DNA of 64,000 bases from an uncultured Alistipes sp. (GCA_947629705.1 CANREN010000002.1:15514-79513); one strand, 5' to 3'. Positions 46,833-56,775 are shown, counted from the first letter of the stretch. The notes: a model not told the origin generated them from the sequence alone. Numbers and translations: made by a program.

Positions 46833-48119
46833 ATGAAAAGATTCCTGCTTGCACTCTGGTGTCTCGGCATGCTGCCGATGGCACAGGCCCAGTCGCCGCG
46901 CGAACAGATCGCGGCCAATCCCGAATTGTCGGCCTGCCTCTACCACTCCTACGAGTATCGTCCCGAGGCGGATGCCGAACCCGCTCCGGCTGGTTACGAG
47001 CCGTTCTATATCAGCCACTACGGACGGCACGGAAGCCGTTTTCTCATCGGCGGAGGCGACTACGACCGGCCCTACCGCGTCCTGCGGCAGGCCGACAGTT
47101 TAGGCGTGCTGACCCCCGCAGGCAAGGCGGTTTACGCCAAGGTCGCCACGATCCGGGCCGATGCCGAAGGGCGGCTCGGAGGACTCACGCCGCGAGGCAC
47201 CCGCGAACACCGCGGCATCGCCGAACGAATGTATGCCGCCTATCCGACGCTCTTTTCGACCGCCGGCGGACGGAAATGCCGCATCGAATGCCGCTCGACG
47301 CTCGTGCCGCGCTGCATTTTGAGCATGGCGGCTTTCAGCGAACGGCTCAAGGAGCTGAATCCCGAACTCGAAATCACCCGTGAAACGGGTCAACGCTATG
47401 TCGACTATCTGTCGCATGGGCCGGGCATGCAGGCCCAGTACAAACCGGCGCATGTCGTCGCCGACAGCATGTTGTACGCCCGCGTGCAGGCCGATCGGCT
47501 GATGCGCACGCTCTTCACGGAGCCCGGCCGGATCGTTCCCGAGCAGAAGCAGGCCCAAACGCTGATGTACGATCTGTTTACGCTGACGGGCATTCTTCAG
47601 GACGTCGACTATCTCGGCCTGTCGATGTACGATCTGTTCACCGAGGAGGAGCTCTACACGTTGTGGGAGTGCGAGAACGTCGACCGTTATCTGACGATGG
47701 GCCCGTCGAAACGTTTCGGCGATGCGGCCTACACCGATGCGGTGCCCCTGCTGCGCAACATTGTCGAGACGGCGGAGGCGGTGATCGACGGACGTTCGGA
47801 TTTGTCGGCTTCGCTGCGGTTCGGGCACGACAGCAACCTCATTCCGTTAGCGGCGCTGCTCGGTGTGGAGATCGCTTCGGCCAGGGTCAGCGACGTCGAC
47901 GAGGTGGCCGCCGTCTGGAATGCCGGCCGCGTGTCGCCGATGGGGACGAATATCCAACTGATTTTCTTCCGTCATCCGCAAACGCACGACATCCGTGTAC
48001 GGGTGCTTCACAACGAACGGGATGCCCGTCTGCCCATCGCCGGCGGCCCCTACTATTCGTGGGACGTGTTGCACGCCTATCTGCTCGACCGGCTCGATCA
48101 TCCGGTTCCGAAAGAGTAA
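46833..48119 (+). CDS. Histidine acid phosphatase family protein
   Basis: 428-aa ORF with a signal peptide, the catalytic RHG motif (SHYGRHGSRF) and a downstream HD motif (FGHDSN). Confidence 0.7.
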   Translation: MKRFLLALWCLGMLPMAQAQSPREQIAANPELSACLYHSYEYRPEADAEPAPAGYEPFYISHYGRHGSRFLIGGGDYDRPYRVLRQADSLGVLTPAGKAVYAKVATIRADAEGRLGGLTPRGTREHRGIAERMYAAYPTLFSTAGGRKCRIECRSTLVPRCILSMAAFSERLKELNPELEITRETGQRYVDYLSHGPGMQAQYKPAHVVADSMLYARVQADRLMRTLFTEPGRIVPEQKQAQTLMYDLFTLTGILQDVDYLGLSMYDLFTEEELYTLWECENVDRYLTMGPSKRFGDAAYTDAVPLLRNIVETAEAVIDGRSDLSASLRFGHDSNLIPLAALLGVEIASARVSDVDEVAAVWNAGRVSPMGTNIQLIFFRHPQTHDIRVRVLHNERDARLPIAGGPYYSWDVLHAYLLDRLDHPVPKE

Positions 48120-48150
48120 ATCCCCGCGGCCGCGCGATCCGAACGATCCG

Positions 48151-48207
48151 CCCTTGCGAGGAGGAGGCCGTCCGACAAATTGTCGGACGGCCTCCTCCTC
48201 GCAAGGG
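48151..48207. terminator. Long perfect palindrome / bidirectional terminator
   Basis: 27-nt arms cccttgcgaggaggaggccgtccgaca / tgtcggacggcctcctcctcgcaaggg with a 3-nt centre, between convergent genes. Confidence 0.75.
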
Positions 48208-48236
48208 ACTCTTTTATCCAAACACTCGACTAACGG

Positions 48237-49376
48237 TCAACGGAGGGTATCGGTGCTGTCGCGCATGTCGATGGAGCAACGCTCCAACGCTTCGAGCTGC
48301 TGCTCCAATTCCTCCATATCCGGACGCGGCGTCTCGATCCGGGCGGTGTTTTTCCGTATGATATGACGCACATCATTGGCAATATCGGCGCGAACCGCGA
48401 AAATCACGCAGGCGATGATCGTAACGATCCAAAGCAGGAAAGTCGCCAGAATCGTTTTGCCGGAGGGTTTGCGCGAGGCGATCAGACACATTAACACGTA
48501 AATCAACAGACAGACGGGAACCAGCACGGCCAAGATGCCCGTAATCGGCAGCCAGACAGACTCTTCATCGAACGGGTAATGCAGGGATTCGGATCCGCCG
48601 ACGGCCATCCAGATCAATCCGATAACCAAGGCGCAGGCGGCGCAGATCAATCCGAAGACGAGCAGTCCGGCGAAAAGTTTCAACAAAATCAACACGACCT
48701 TGCCGAAGACCGACACGGTTTCGGCCACGACGGATTTGGCCTTGCTGTCGATATCGTTGGCCGCAGCAGCCGTCGCATCGGCCACGGATTGGGTCGTGAT
48801 CGGATCGCCGTTCATCTCCAACTTCTGACGGGCGGAGCGGGCCACCGGCACGGCGAACCACATGATCAAATAACAGAGCAGAAAGACCCCGAAGATATTT
48901 CCGAACAGATTGCCGGCGAACCAAAAATACGATCCGAAAACGATTTTGAGGAGGATCGGCAGGAAGAAGCCCAACCGGATCCATACGGCGTCGATGCCGA
49001 AATAGCGGGCCAGACCGGCGCAGACACCGCCCAATTTGGCATTGTCGATATCGCGATAGAGGCGGCGCGGAATGCGGGGCGATTCGGATTGCAGGTCGGC
49101 ATCGGGATTTTCGTCCTTTTCGGAAATATCCTGCGCGCTGCCCAACTGCCGGATGATGTTCAGCACCAGCGGTTTCTCGACGACCCGTCCGCCATCCTGC
49201 GCCGAGAGGATCAGTTCGGCGATGCGGGCCTCGATATCGGCGATGATCTCCGCCCCGTCGGGCGAATTTTTGTAAGCCTGTCGGAGGCTCTCGATATAAC
49301 GTTCCAACGCTTCGTAGGCATCGTTGTCCAACGTGAATGCGACGCCCGATATGCTGCATTTTTTGACTTCGTTCAT
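48237..49376 (-). CDS. PspC domain-containing membrane protein (large)
   Basis: 379-aa ORF. It has a PspC motif RRLYRDIDNAKLGGVCAGLARYFGIDAVWIRLGF followed by several TM helices. Confidence 0.7.
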   Translation of the reverse strand: MNEVKKCSISGVAFTLDNDAYEALERYIESLRQAYKNSPDGAEIIADIEARIAELILSAQDGGRVVEKPLVLNIIRQLGSAQDISEKDENPDADLQSESPRIPRRLYRDIDNAKLGGVCAGLARYFGIDAVWIRLGFFLPILLKIVFGSYFWFAGNLFGNIFGVFLLCYLIMWFAVPVARSARQKLEMNGDPITTQSVADATAAAANDIDSKAKSVVAETVSVFGKVVLILLKLFAGLLVFGLICAACALVIGLIWMAVGGSESLHYPFDEESVWLPITGILAVLVPVCLLIYVLMCLIASRKPSGKTILATFLLWIVTIIACVIFAVRADIANDVRHIIRKNTARIETPRPDMEELEQQLEALERCSIDMRDSTDTLR

Positions 49377-49394
49377 GATATGCGGATTTTCAGG

Positions 49395-50216
49395 TTAGCG
49401 TTTCCGAACCGTGCCGCCCGAACCGACCTGTTTGTCGACCGAGCAGTCGCCTTTGTATTCGACCGATGCGCCGCTCGATACCCAAGCCGTGAGTGCGCCG
49501 GAGCAGTTGACCTCGGCTTCGGCCCCGCTCGATACCGCGACCTCGCACGTGCGGGTTTCCAACTCGAATGCGTTCAGTTCGGAGCCGGACGAAAGGGCTG
49601 CGTCCATCGAATCGGCCCTGCCCGCAAGTCGGGCACCCGAACCGCTCGACAGTCGGATGTCGCACGTGCCGAAATCGACAGCCGCCTTCATCACCGCACC
49701 GCTCGCCAGGCGGATGGTGCATCGTTCGGCCTTCAGCGCAGCGATCAACGCAGCAGCGCTCGACAGTCGAAGATCCAAATCGGAGGCTTTCAAGGCCGAT
49801 TCGGTGCGGATTTCGGCGCCGCTCGATGCGTGGAGCGCCTCGATTTTCCCATTGTTCGGAATCCGCACGGTAACATTGGCATTGCGCAGGTTCACCTCGT
49901 CGGAGATCGTAATGCCGAGGATGCCGTTCTCGACTTCGGCAACCACATACTCCAACACGTTGTCATCGGCCTCGATAACGACTTTGTCGGTGCCGCCGAT
50001 GATGACTTCGACGCCCCGCGAAGCGCTGACGGCGTGGAAATCGGGCAACGTTTTCGTGCTGGCAGTCAAATTGCCGCTTCCCCTGACGGTAGTGCGGAGA
50101 CCGTTCCATACGACCGTCCTGCCGGAACAGCGCGCAGCCGAATAATCCGCAGGAGCCGCCAACAGCCCTATGCACAATCCGGTCAGAACGAAGATTTTCA
50201 ACAGACAGTGTTTCAT
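49395..50216 (-). CDS. Secreted beta-helix-like protein (DUF2807 / GIN-domain type)
   Basis: 273-aa ORF with a signal peptide and repeated short segments of the type ...SGA/SSG...V... . Its placement inside a PadR/PspC cluster is common in Bacteroidota. Confidence 0.5.
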   Translation of the reverse strand: MKHCLLKIFVLTGLCIGLLAAPADYSAARCSGRTVVWNGLRTTVRGSGNLTASTKTLPDFHAVSASRGVEVIIGGTDKVVIEADDNVLEYVVAEVENGILGITISDEVNLRNANVTVRIPNNGKIEALHASSGAEIRTESALKASDLDLRLSSAAALIAALKAERCTIRLASGAVMKAAVDFGTCDIRLSSGSGARLAGRADSMDAALSSGSELNAFELETRTCEVAVSSGAEAEVNCSGALTAWVSSGASVEYKGDCSVDKQVGSGGTVRKR

Positions 50217-50244
50217 AATTTTCTCGATTATTCGATGATTCGGG

Positions 50245-50583
50245 TTAATTTTCCTCTTTTCCGTGGCGAATGGTTCGAATTTGGGCTACCAACTCCTCCC
50301 AGGCGGCATCCAGCGAAGCAAGGTATTCGCGCCCTTTGTCCGTGAGGGTGTAGTACTTCCGCGGAGGGCCTTGCGGCGACTCCTCCCAGCGGTAGGTCAG
50401 CAATCCGGCGTTCTTCTGCCGGGTGAGGATCGGGTAGAGCGTACCCTCGACCACGATCATCTCCGACTGTTTCAGCTCGGCGATGATCTTCGGAGCATAG
50501 GAATCCTCGCGGGAAAGAATGGCGAGGACGCAATACTCCAAAATTCCCTTGCGCATCTGCGCTTTCACGTTATCTTCGGTCAT
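50245..50583 (-). CDS. PadR family transcriptional regulator
   Basis: 112-aa ORF. MRKGILEYCVLAILSREDSYAPKIIAELK...GTLYPILTR is the PadR winged-helix pattern. Confidence 0.85.
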   Translation of the reverse strand: MTEDNVKAQMRKGILEYCVLAILSREDSYAPKIIAELKQSEMIVVEGTLYPILTRQKNAGLLTYRWEESPQGPPRKYYTLTDKGREYLASLDAAWEELVAQIRTIRHGKEEN

Positions 50584-50586
50584 GGC

Positions 50587-50790
50587 TCACAGATTTTTCG
50601 GTTTCTTGGGGACGATCAGCCACAGGATGATATAGACCCAGATGGAGAGACCGCCGAAAAGGACCAGTAGCAGCGTAACCCAACGGATCGTCGTTGTACG
50701 CAGTCCGAAGAATTCCGCGATGCCGCCGCATACGCCGGCCACAACGCCGTTGCGCACACGATAAAGTCGTTTTTCCTGATTCGTTTCCAT
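50587..50790 (-). CDS. Small PspC domain protein
   Basis: 67-aa ORF from ATG 50790. It has RLYRVRNGVVAGVCGGIAEFFGLRTTTIRW followed by one TM helix. Confidence 0.7.
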   Translation of the reverse strand: METNQEKRLYRVRNGVVAGVCGGIAEFFGLRTTTIRWVTLLLVLFGGLSIWVYIILWLIVPKKPKNL

Positions 50791-50810
50791 AATGACGAGT
50801 TTTTTCGAAT

Positions 50811-51335
50811 TTATTTGTTTCGGCCCTTCTTGTCGTGCAGGGCAGACTGCGAAGGGGCCTCGGGAATGACGATCCACAGAATGACATAGATCCAGATGGA
50901 GAGACCGCCGAAGAGAATCAGCAGCAGCGTAATCAAACGCAGCAGGCTCGAGTCGATCCCGAAATGCTCGGCCAGACCGCCGCAGACGCCGGCGATCGAA
51001 CGGTCGGTGCGCGAACGGCGCAGTTTGTCGAGACGCCGGTTCGTCGAGCTCCCCGCCTCGTTTCGGGGATCGTCGTGGCGGACGCCGAAGCAATCGGGCG
51101 TCCCGAGGCGGGCGATGGCCGCCCGCACGGTGTCGAGCGACACGACATACATGGGCGAAGCGACCTTTTCGCGAAGAATCTCGCCCATACGGGTTTCGAC
51201 GTCGGCCTCCGTTTCGATATCCTCCTCGGGCAGGCGGCTGCGAACGTCGGCGAAATATTCGCGCAAGGCCTGATAGGCATCTTCGTCGAGGGTGAACGGC
51301 ATCGACCCGATATTCACATTGACAGTCTGTTTCAT
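50811..51335 (-). CDS. PspC domain protein with N-terminal soluble domain
   Basis: The start is set at MKQTVNVNIGSMPF (ATG 51335). The C-terminus has RSRTDRSIAGVCGGLAEHFGIDSSLLRL plus a TM helix. Confidence 0.7.
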   Translation of the reverse strand: MKQTVNVNIGSMPFTLDEDAYQALREYFADVRSRLPEEDIETEADVETRMGEILREKVASPMYVVSLDTVRAAIARLGTPDCFGVRHDDPRNEAGSSTNRRLDKLRRSRTDRSIAGVCGGLAEHFGIDSSLLRLITLLLILFGGLSIWIYVILWIVIPEAPSQSALHDKKGRNK

Positions 51336-51405
51336 GATCGTAAGGTTTCCTGTTTTTCCGTGCGATTTTTCAGTTTTTCTGAATCGTCTTACTACTTTCA
51401 CGATG

Positions 51406-51413
51406 CAAATATA
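51406..51413 (-). promoter_or_regulatory. -7 box TATATTTG for the PspC/PadR operon
   Basis: The plus strand reads caaatata, 71 nt upstream of ATG 51335 on the minus strand. Confidence 0.45.
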
Positions 51414-51468
51414 ATACAACTTTTACTATTATGCAATACAGAGTACCGAAAAAAAAATCATTTCTCGT

Positions 51469-51503
51469 AAAAAAAGGGAGTGCACCCTACCGGTTACACT
51501 CCC
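51469..51503 (-). terminator. Intrinsic terminator after the OsmC-like gene
   Basis: The minus strand has the hairpin gggagtg-taaccggtagggtg-cactccc followed by TTTTTTT. Confidence 0.7.
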
Positions 51504-51534
51504 AGGCATCGTTTCGGTTCGATCCGTCTCTTCG

Positions 51535-51942
51535 TCATACGACCGCCTGTTCCGTGCAGACGACCGCATATTCGGGCGTAACCGGTGCGATTTTCCGCAG
51601 CATCTGCATCAATCCGCAGTGCTTTTCCTGCGCCAACTTCACCGCACGGCCGATTTTCGTCTGATCGGCATCCGTATCGCATTCGACGTTGTAAACGACG
51701 TGGAACGAACGGAATTCACTGCCCGCCTGCACCGTCGGGGTGGTCAGTTCGCCCGACAGGCCGATCTCGAACCGTTTCGGCACGATGCGTTCTTTTCCGA
51801 GGATATGCAGGACCGTCAGTCCGGCACACTTCGCGCCCGCATAGAGCAGCAAGGCCTTGGGGTTCAACGTATCGCAATTCGTTTCGCCCTCGGGTTCGAA
51901 ACGGACGCCGTCGACCAGATGCAAAGTTACTTTTTCTATCAT
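51535..51942 (-). CDS. OsmC/Ohr family protein
   Basis: About 135 aa from MIEKVTLHLVDG. It has two conserved Cys regions (AGAKCAG; QEKHCG), as in OsmC-like peroxiredoxins. The start is uncertain because the ORF extends to 52125. Confidence 0.55.
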   Translation of the reverse strand: MIEKVTLHLVDGVRFEPEGETNCDTLNPKALLLYAGAKCAGLTVLHILGKERIVPKRFEIGLSGELTTPTVQAGSEFRSFHVVYNVECDTDADQTKIGRAVKLAQEKHCGLMQMLRKIAPVTPEYAVVCTEQAVV

Positions 51943-52022
51943 ACCAATACTTATATTAGGAGAGTCTCCCGTTTTTCGGGCAAGAATCATTCCCGAAAAG
52001 ACAACAGGTCGATAAATTTTCG

Positions 52023-52030
52023 TACCTTTG
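52023..52030 (+). promoter_or_regulatory. -7 box TACCTTTG for the TPR gene
   Basis: Exact TAnnTTTG match 34 nt upstream of ATG 52064. Confidence 0.5.
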
Positions 52031-52063
52031 ACCTCGTCGAACGTACTAACACAGGCTGACAAC

Positions 52064-55039
52064 ATGCGAATCGCAATCTCTCTTCTGGCTATAAGCCTCC
52101 TTTGCGCGACCGACGTTCCCGCCATGACCCCCGAAACGGCCCGGCGTCTCCGGCGAGGACGCGAGCTGTTCGATTACGGACGCTGGAGCGATGCACGATA
52201 CGAATTCCGGATAGCCCGCACCGAGCTGGAACCCGCCGATCATGCAGCTATCCAGGAGGCCGATTTCTATCTGGCGGCGTGTGCCGTCGAGTTAGGCAGC
52301 CCCGATGCCGCCACGGCTCTTTTGGAGTTCGAGCGCAACTACCCCGGGTCGACCTATCTGAACGACGTGCGGTTCGCATTGGGATCGTTCTACTGTGCCA
52401 ACGGGAATTGGAAGGAAGCCGGCGAATGGTTCCGTCAGACCGATCGTTCGGCCTTGAGCGCCTCGCGTCGCGAACAGTACGACTTCCGATGCGGTTATAT
52501 CGCGTTCGTCGAAGGGGATTACGCCGAAATGTACGCATACCTCAACCGCATTCCGGCCAACAGCGAGCTGGCCGCCCACGCCCTTTACTACCAATCCTAC
52601 GCCGACTACGCCGAGGGACGCAGCGGACGCGCCCGCCAAGGGTTCGAAAAGCTGCTGCACAGCGAGGCTTACGCCGACGTGGCCCCCTATTATCTGCTGC
52701 AAATAGCTTTCCAGGAGGGGAATTATCGCTATGTCGTGGAGAACGGCGAGGAGCTGGCCGCACAAGCGGCGGCCGAACGTCAGACGGAAATCGAACGCAT
52801 CATCGCCGAATCGTGGTTCCGGTTGGAAAATTACAACGCCGCCATCGACCATCTGCACGCCTATCTCGCTGCCGGAGGAGCGGAGAACCGCGAATCCTGC
52901 TACCTGATGGGCTTTTCGCTCTACCGCACCGCCCGTTACGACGAAGCGGCCGGATGGCTGCGCAAGGCCTGCGGAACCGCAGATGCGCTGACGCAGAACG
53001 CCTCCTATCATCTGGCGGACTGCTGCCTGCGGGCCGCAGACAAACCGGCGGCCATGCAATCGTTCGCCCTGGCAGCGGCCACGGATTTCGACCCCGCCAT
53101 CGCCGAAGAGGCCCTGTTCAACTACGCCAAACTGCAATACGAATCGGGCGCGAGTTTTTACAACAACGCCATTCATGTGCTGCAACGTTATCTCGAACGT
53201 TATCCGCAATCGGAGCATACGGCCGAAGCGCGCACGCTGCTGATCGCCGCCTACTACAATTCGCGCGACTACGATGCAGCCTATCGAGCCATCCGCTCCA
53301 TGCCCGCACAGGATGGCGAGACGCGGGCCGCCTTGCAGAAAATCGCCTACTTCCGCGGACTGAACGCCTACCGATCCGGCGACCGCACCGCTGCGAAACG
53401 TTATTTGGCCGAATCGGCCTCCGTCGGCGCAAGCCCGAAATACACGGCGCTCGCCGACTACTGGCAGGGGGAAATCGCCTTCGAGCAGGGCGACTATACC
53501 GCTGCCGCAACCCTCTATGACCGCTATCTCCGCCGTGCGCCGCAAAGCGAGCCGGAGTACGTCATGGCATGGTACGGCCTCGGCTACTGCCGCTTCTCGC
53601 AGGAGCGCATGAAGGAGGCCGAAACGAATTTCCAGCGCTTCCTCTCCCTGCATCCGCAGAACGACCGCTACCGGAGCGACGTCCGCAATCGGTTGGGCGA
53701 CATCCGTTACGTCGACCGCCGCTTCGGGGAGGCGCTCGAACAATACGATCGGGTCATCGCGACAGGGGACGAAAACCGATACTATGCCCAGTACCAGCGG
53801 GCCCTAACGCTCGGGCATATGGGGCGAACGTCCGCGAAACGAGAGGCGCTCGGCCGGATCGTCGCCGAAGGGAAAGGCGACTACGTCGAATCGGCCCAAT
53901 TCGAGCTGGGGCGCAGCTACATGGCCGAGGAGCGGTATGCCGACGGTGCCGCCGCATTGGAAAAATTCATCCGCCAGTATCCGCATTCGGCGCATCGTTC
54001 GCAGGCGCTTTCGGATCTGGGGCTGGCCTATCTCAATCTGGGCGACCGCGACAAATCGCTGCGATATTACGACATGATCGTCGCTTCGGCGCCCCGTTCG
54101 GCCGAAGCCCGCGACGCCATGCAGGGCATCCGCGACATCTACATCTCGCGCGGCGATGCGGACGCCTACTTCGACTATGCCGCCAAAGCGGGCGTCGAAA
54201 GCGATCTGACCGCACTCGCCCGCGATTCGCTGTCGTATGCCGCAGCGCAGAAACGCTACCTCACCGGAAACAGCGAGACCGCGGCCAAATCGCTCCACAG
54301 TTATCTGACAAGCTATCCCAAAGGCTACTACCGCCGCGACGCCCTCTACCTGTTGAGCGACTGCTACCTTCGCAGCAAGGAGCGCGACAAAGCCATCGAG
54401 ACGTTGACCGAGCTGTCGAACGAGGCGAACAATCCCTATACGCTCAAGGTATTGGAGACCCTTTCGGAGATGACCTTTGCCGACCGGCGCTACGACGAAG
54501 CGGCCGCTGCGTTCCGCAAGCTCTACGATGCCGCGCCGACCGATTCCGAACGCGAACAGGCGATGACGGGCTATGTCCGTGCGACGGTGGCCGCCGGAGA
54601 CCCCGCGCGCATCCGCAGCATGGCGGAAGAGGTGCGCAGCCGCTCCGACGCCGGTGCGACGGCCCGCCGCGAAGCGACCTTCGCCCTGGCCGAATGCCAT
54701 CGAACGGCAGGCAACGGCCGCGAAGCATCCGAATTGTACAAGGAACTGTCCGAGGAGGTGCGCACGACCGAAGGTTCCGCAGCCAACTATTATTTGTTGC
54801 AGGCGACCTTCGAGAGCGGCGATTGGGATCAGACCGAGCAGGCGATCTTCGCCTACTCCGAGCGCGAACCGAAAGCCTATTGGTTAGCCAAGGCTTACCT
54901 GCTGTTGGGCGACGTCTACCTCCGCAAGGGAGACGACTTCCAGGCGCGGGCCACCTGGCAAAGCATCGTGAACGGGTATTCGCCCGCCGATGACGGCATC
55001 ATCGACGAAGCGAACGCCCGTCTCCGCAAACTGAATTGA
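52064..55039 (+). CDS. Large tetratricopeptide-repeat protein (about 990 aa)
   Basis: The start is set at MRIAISLLAISLLCATDVPA (signal peptide). Many 34-residue A/Y/L-patterned repeats occur throughout. Confidence 0.75.
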   Translation: MRIAISLLAISLLCATDVPAMTPETARRLRRGRELFDYGRWSDARYEFRIARTELEPADHAAIQEADFYLAACAVELGSPDAATALLEFERNYPGSTYLNDVRFALGSFYCANGNWKEAGEWFRQTDRSALSASRREQYDFRCGYIAFVEGDYAEMYAYLNRIPANSELAAHALYYQSYADYAEGRSGRARQGFEKLLHSEAYADVAPYYLLQIAFQEGNYRYVVENGEELAAQAAAERQTEIERIIAESWFRLENYNAAIDHLHAYLAAGGAENRESCYLMGFSLYRTARYDEAAGWLRKACGTADALTQNASYHLADCCLRAADKPAAMQSFALAAATDFDPAIAEEALFNYAKLQYESGASFYNNAIHVLQRYLERYPQSEHTAEARTLLIAAYYNSRDYDAAYRAIRSMPAQDGETRAALQKIAYFRGLNAYRSGDRTAAKRYLAESASVGASPKYTALADYWQGEIAFEQGDYTAAATLYDRYLRRAPQSEPEYVMAWYGLGYCRFSQERMKEAETNFQRFLSLHPQNDRYRSDVRNRLGDIRYVDRRFGEALEQYDRVIATGDENRYYAQYQRALTLGHMGRTSAKREALGRIVAEGKGDYVESAQFELGRSYMAEERYADGAAALEKFIRQYPHSAHRSQALSDLGLAYLNLGDRDKSLRYYDMIVASAPRSAEARDAMQGIRDIYISRGDADAYFDYAAKAGVESDLTALARDSLSYAAAQKRYLTGNSETAAKSLHSYLTSYPKGYYRRDALYLLSDCYLRSKERDKAIETLTELSNEANNPYTLKVLETLSEMTFADRRYDEAAAAFRKLYDAAPTDSEREQAMTGYVRATVAAGDPARIRSMAEEVRSRSDAGATARREATFALAECHRTAGNGREASELYKELSEEVRTTEGSAANYYLLQATFESGDWDQTEQAIFAYSEREPKAYWLAKAYLLLGDVYLRKGDDFQARATWQSIVNGYSPADDGIIDEANARLRKLN

Positions 55040-56775
55040 TGAAAACGACGATGATGACGATAAAAAGATACATATTGTCGACCGTCTTGTGTGCGATCGC
55101 CCCCCTCGCGGCCGACGCACAGGTCGAAAAACAGGTCGAGGTAACGAAAGAGTATATCCCGAGCATCGAACAGACCGCCAAACTCTCCGCAACGCCCGAC
55201 ATGACCGACACGACGCAGATGCGCCCCGAAATCGGCTATTCGGTTACGCCGGTTTCGCTGAACACCCCGCTCGAAATGCGGCCCATCCGGCCGACGGAGG
55301 TAACCTATTGGCATTTCAACCGCCCGCTGCCCTGCTATCTCAAACTCGGGGCCGGCTATCCGCTCCGTTCGGCGGCCGATTTCCAGGCTGCGACCCAACA
55401 TCCGAATACGGGTTATTTCTTGGGATTCCTCCATCACGAAGGCCGCTACGCCGATATCCGCAACGATTTCGGATGCAAGAACCAGTCGGCGCACATGCTC
55501 AACCGCGTCGGAGGGGCGGCGGGTCTGCACCTCGGACGGCATCTGCTCGAAGGGGCCGTCTCCTACGAAAACCGGCTCTATCATCGTTACGGGGCCTATG
55601 AGGCTTCGACGGCGGCCGATCTGCTTCCCGCGGCGCCCGGCGCCCGCATCGACTACGGCGATGCCGATGTCAAGATTCGCATCGGCGATGATTTTCAGGA
55701 TTTGAGCCGCTTGAATTTCGACGTATCCATCGCGCATTCGCTCTTTTTCGACCAAACGTCGTGGGTGGACAACGGCAACCGGCCCCGTCAGGCATCGTTC
55801 CATGCAGGCGGAAAGATCGCACGGGCATTCGGCCGCCGCCGTTTTCTGCTCGCTGTGGACTACGACCGGTTCAGCGGACGCCGTTCGATCGACGGGTTCA
55901 AGGAGCACCGCATCCATGCAGGCGCCCGGTACGGAACCGAACGCGGTGCGATGAATCTCGAAATGGGCATCGACTACTACCACGATCGGATTTCCGGCAC
56001 GGAAAACCAGAACTATCTGCTGCCGTTCGTCCGGTTGGATTTCGACCTCGGCATACGGAAGCTCCGGCCGTTCCTCGAGGTGGACGGCTCCGTCCACGAC
56101 AACAGCTACCGTTCGCTGACCCGCCAATGCCCCTATGTAACGCCCGCGACCTGTTTGGAAAAGAGTTCGGTCGACTACAACGGCCGGCTCGGCATCCGCG
56201 GCGATCTGTGGCGCAACCGCTTTTCCTATCGGGTCTACGCCGCCTTTTCGATCCACGACTACCACAATTACTGGTACGCCACAGGCTTGTACGATCCGGG
56301 CGAGCAGCGCATCCTGGCCGCTGCCTGCTCGTTGGAGCCCTTGCAGGCCCGACAGACGGTTGCGTCGTTCCACGGCGAGGCCGAATTTCAGCCGATCAGT
56401 TCGCTGCGGATGAAGCTCGGCGCACACGGCTATCTGTACAATGACGACCCCGACTTCGGCAACGGCGCTCCGTCGTTCGAAGCGGATTTCAGCATCCGCT
56501 ACGCCGTGAAGCGGATTTCGATCGAAGCCGCGCTCTCCGGCCAAACGGCCCGCAAATGGACGCTGCTCTGCACGGACACCCTCGGAACGGAGGGGAAAAG
56601 CGCCTTCAAAGCCCCTGCGACAATGAATCTGCGGGTGGCATTCGATTGGAAGATTACGGGAAGGCTCGGTCTCTTCGCAGAGGGCGACAATCTGCTGAAT
56701 CAACGGTTATACCGGTATCCGTGGTATCCCGAATACGGCGCCAACTTCACGGCGGGCATCAAATTCGCATTCTGA
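55036..56775 (+). CDS. Putative outer-membrane beta-barrel porin
   Basis: 579-aa ORF with a signal peptide and alternating hydrophobic pattern. The C-terminus ends GIKFAF with a terminal Phe. Its start overlaps the TPR gene stop by 4 nt. Confidence 0.6.
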   Translation: MMKTTMMTIKRYILSTVLCAIAPLAADAQVEKQVEVTKEYIPSIEQTAKLSATPDMTDTTQMRPEIGYSVTPVSLNTPLEMRPIRPTEVTYWHFNRPLPCYLKLGAGYPLRSAADFQAATQHPNTGYFLGFLHHEGRYADIRNDFGCKNQSAHMLNRVGGAAGLHLGRHLLEGAVSYENRLYHRYGAYEASTAADLLPAAPGARIDYGDADVKIRIGDDFQDLSRLNFDVSIAHSLFFDQTSWVDNGNRPRQASFHAGGKIARAFGRRRFLLAVDYDRFSGRRSIDGFKEHRIHAGARYGTERGAMNLEMGIDYYHDRISGTENQNYLLPFVRLDFDLGIRKLRPFLEVDGSVHDNSYRSLTRQCPYVTPATCLEKSSVDYNGRLGIRGDLWRNRFSYRVYAAFSIHDYHNYWYATGLYDPGEQRILAAACSLEPLQARQTVASFHGEAEFQPISSLRMKLGAHGYLYNDDPDFGNGAPSFEADFSIRYAVKRISIEAALSGQTARKWTLLCTDTLGTEGKSAFKAPATMNLRVAFDWKITGRLGLFAEGDNLLNQRLYRYPWYPEYGANFTAGIKFAF

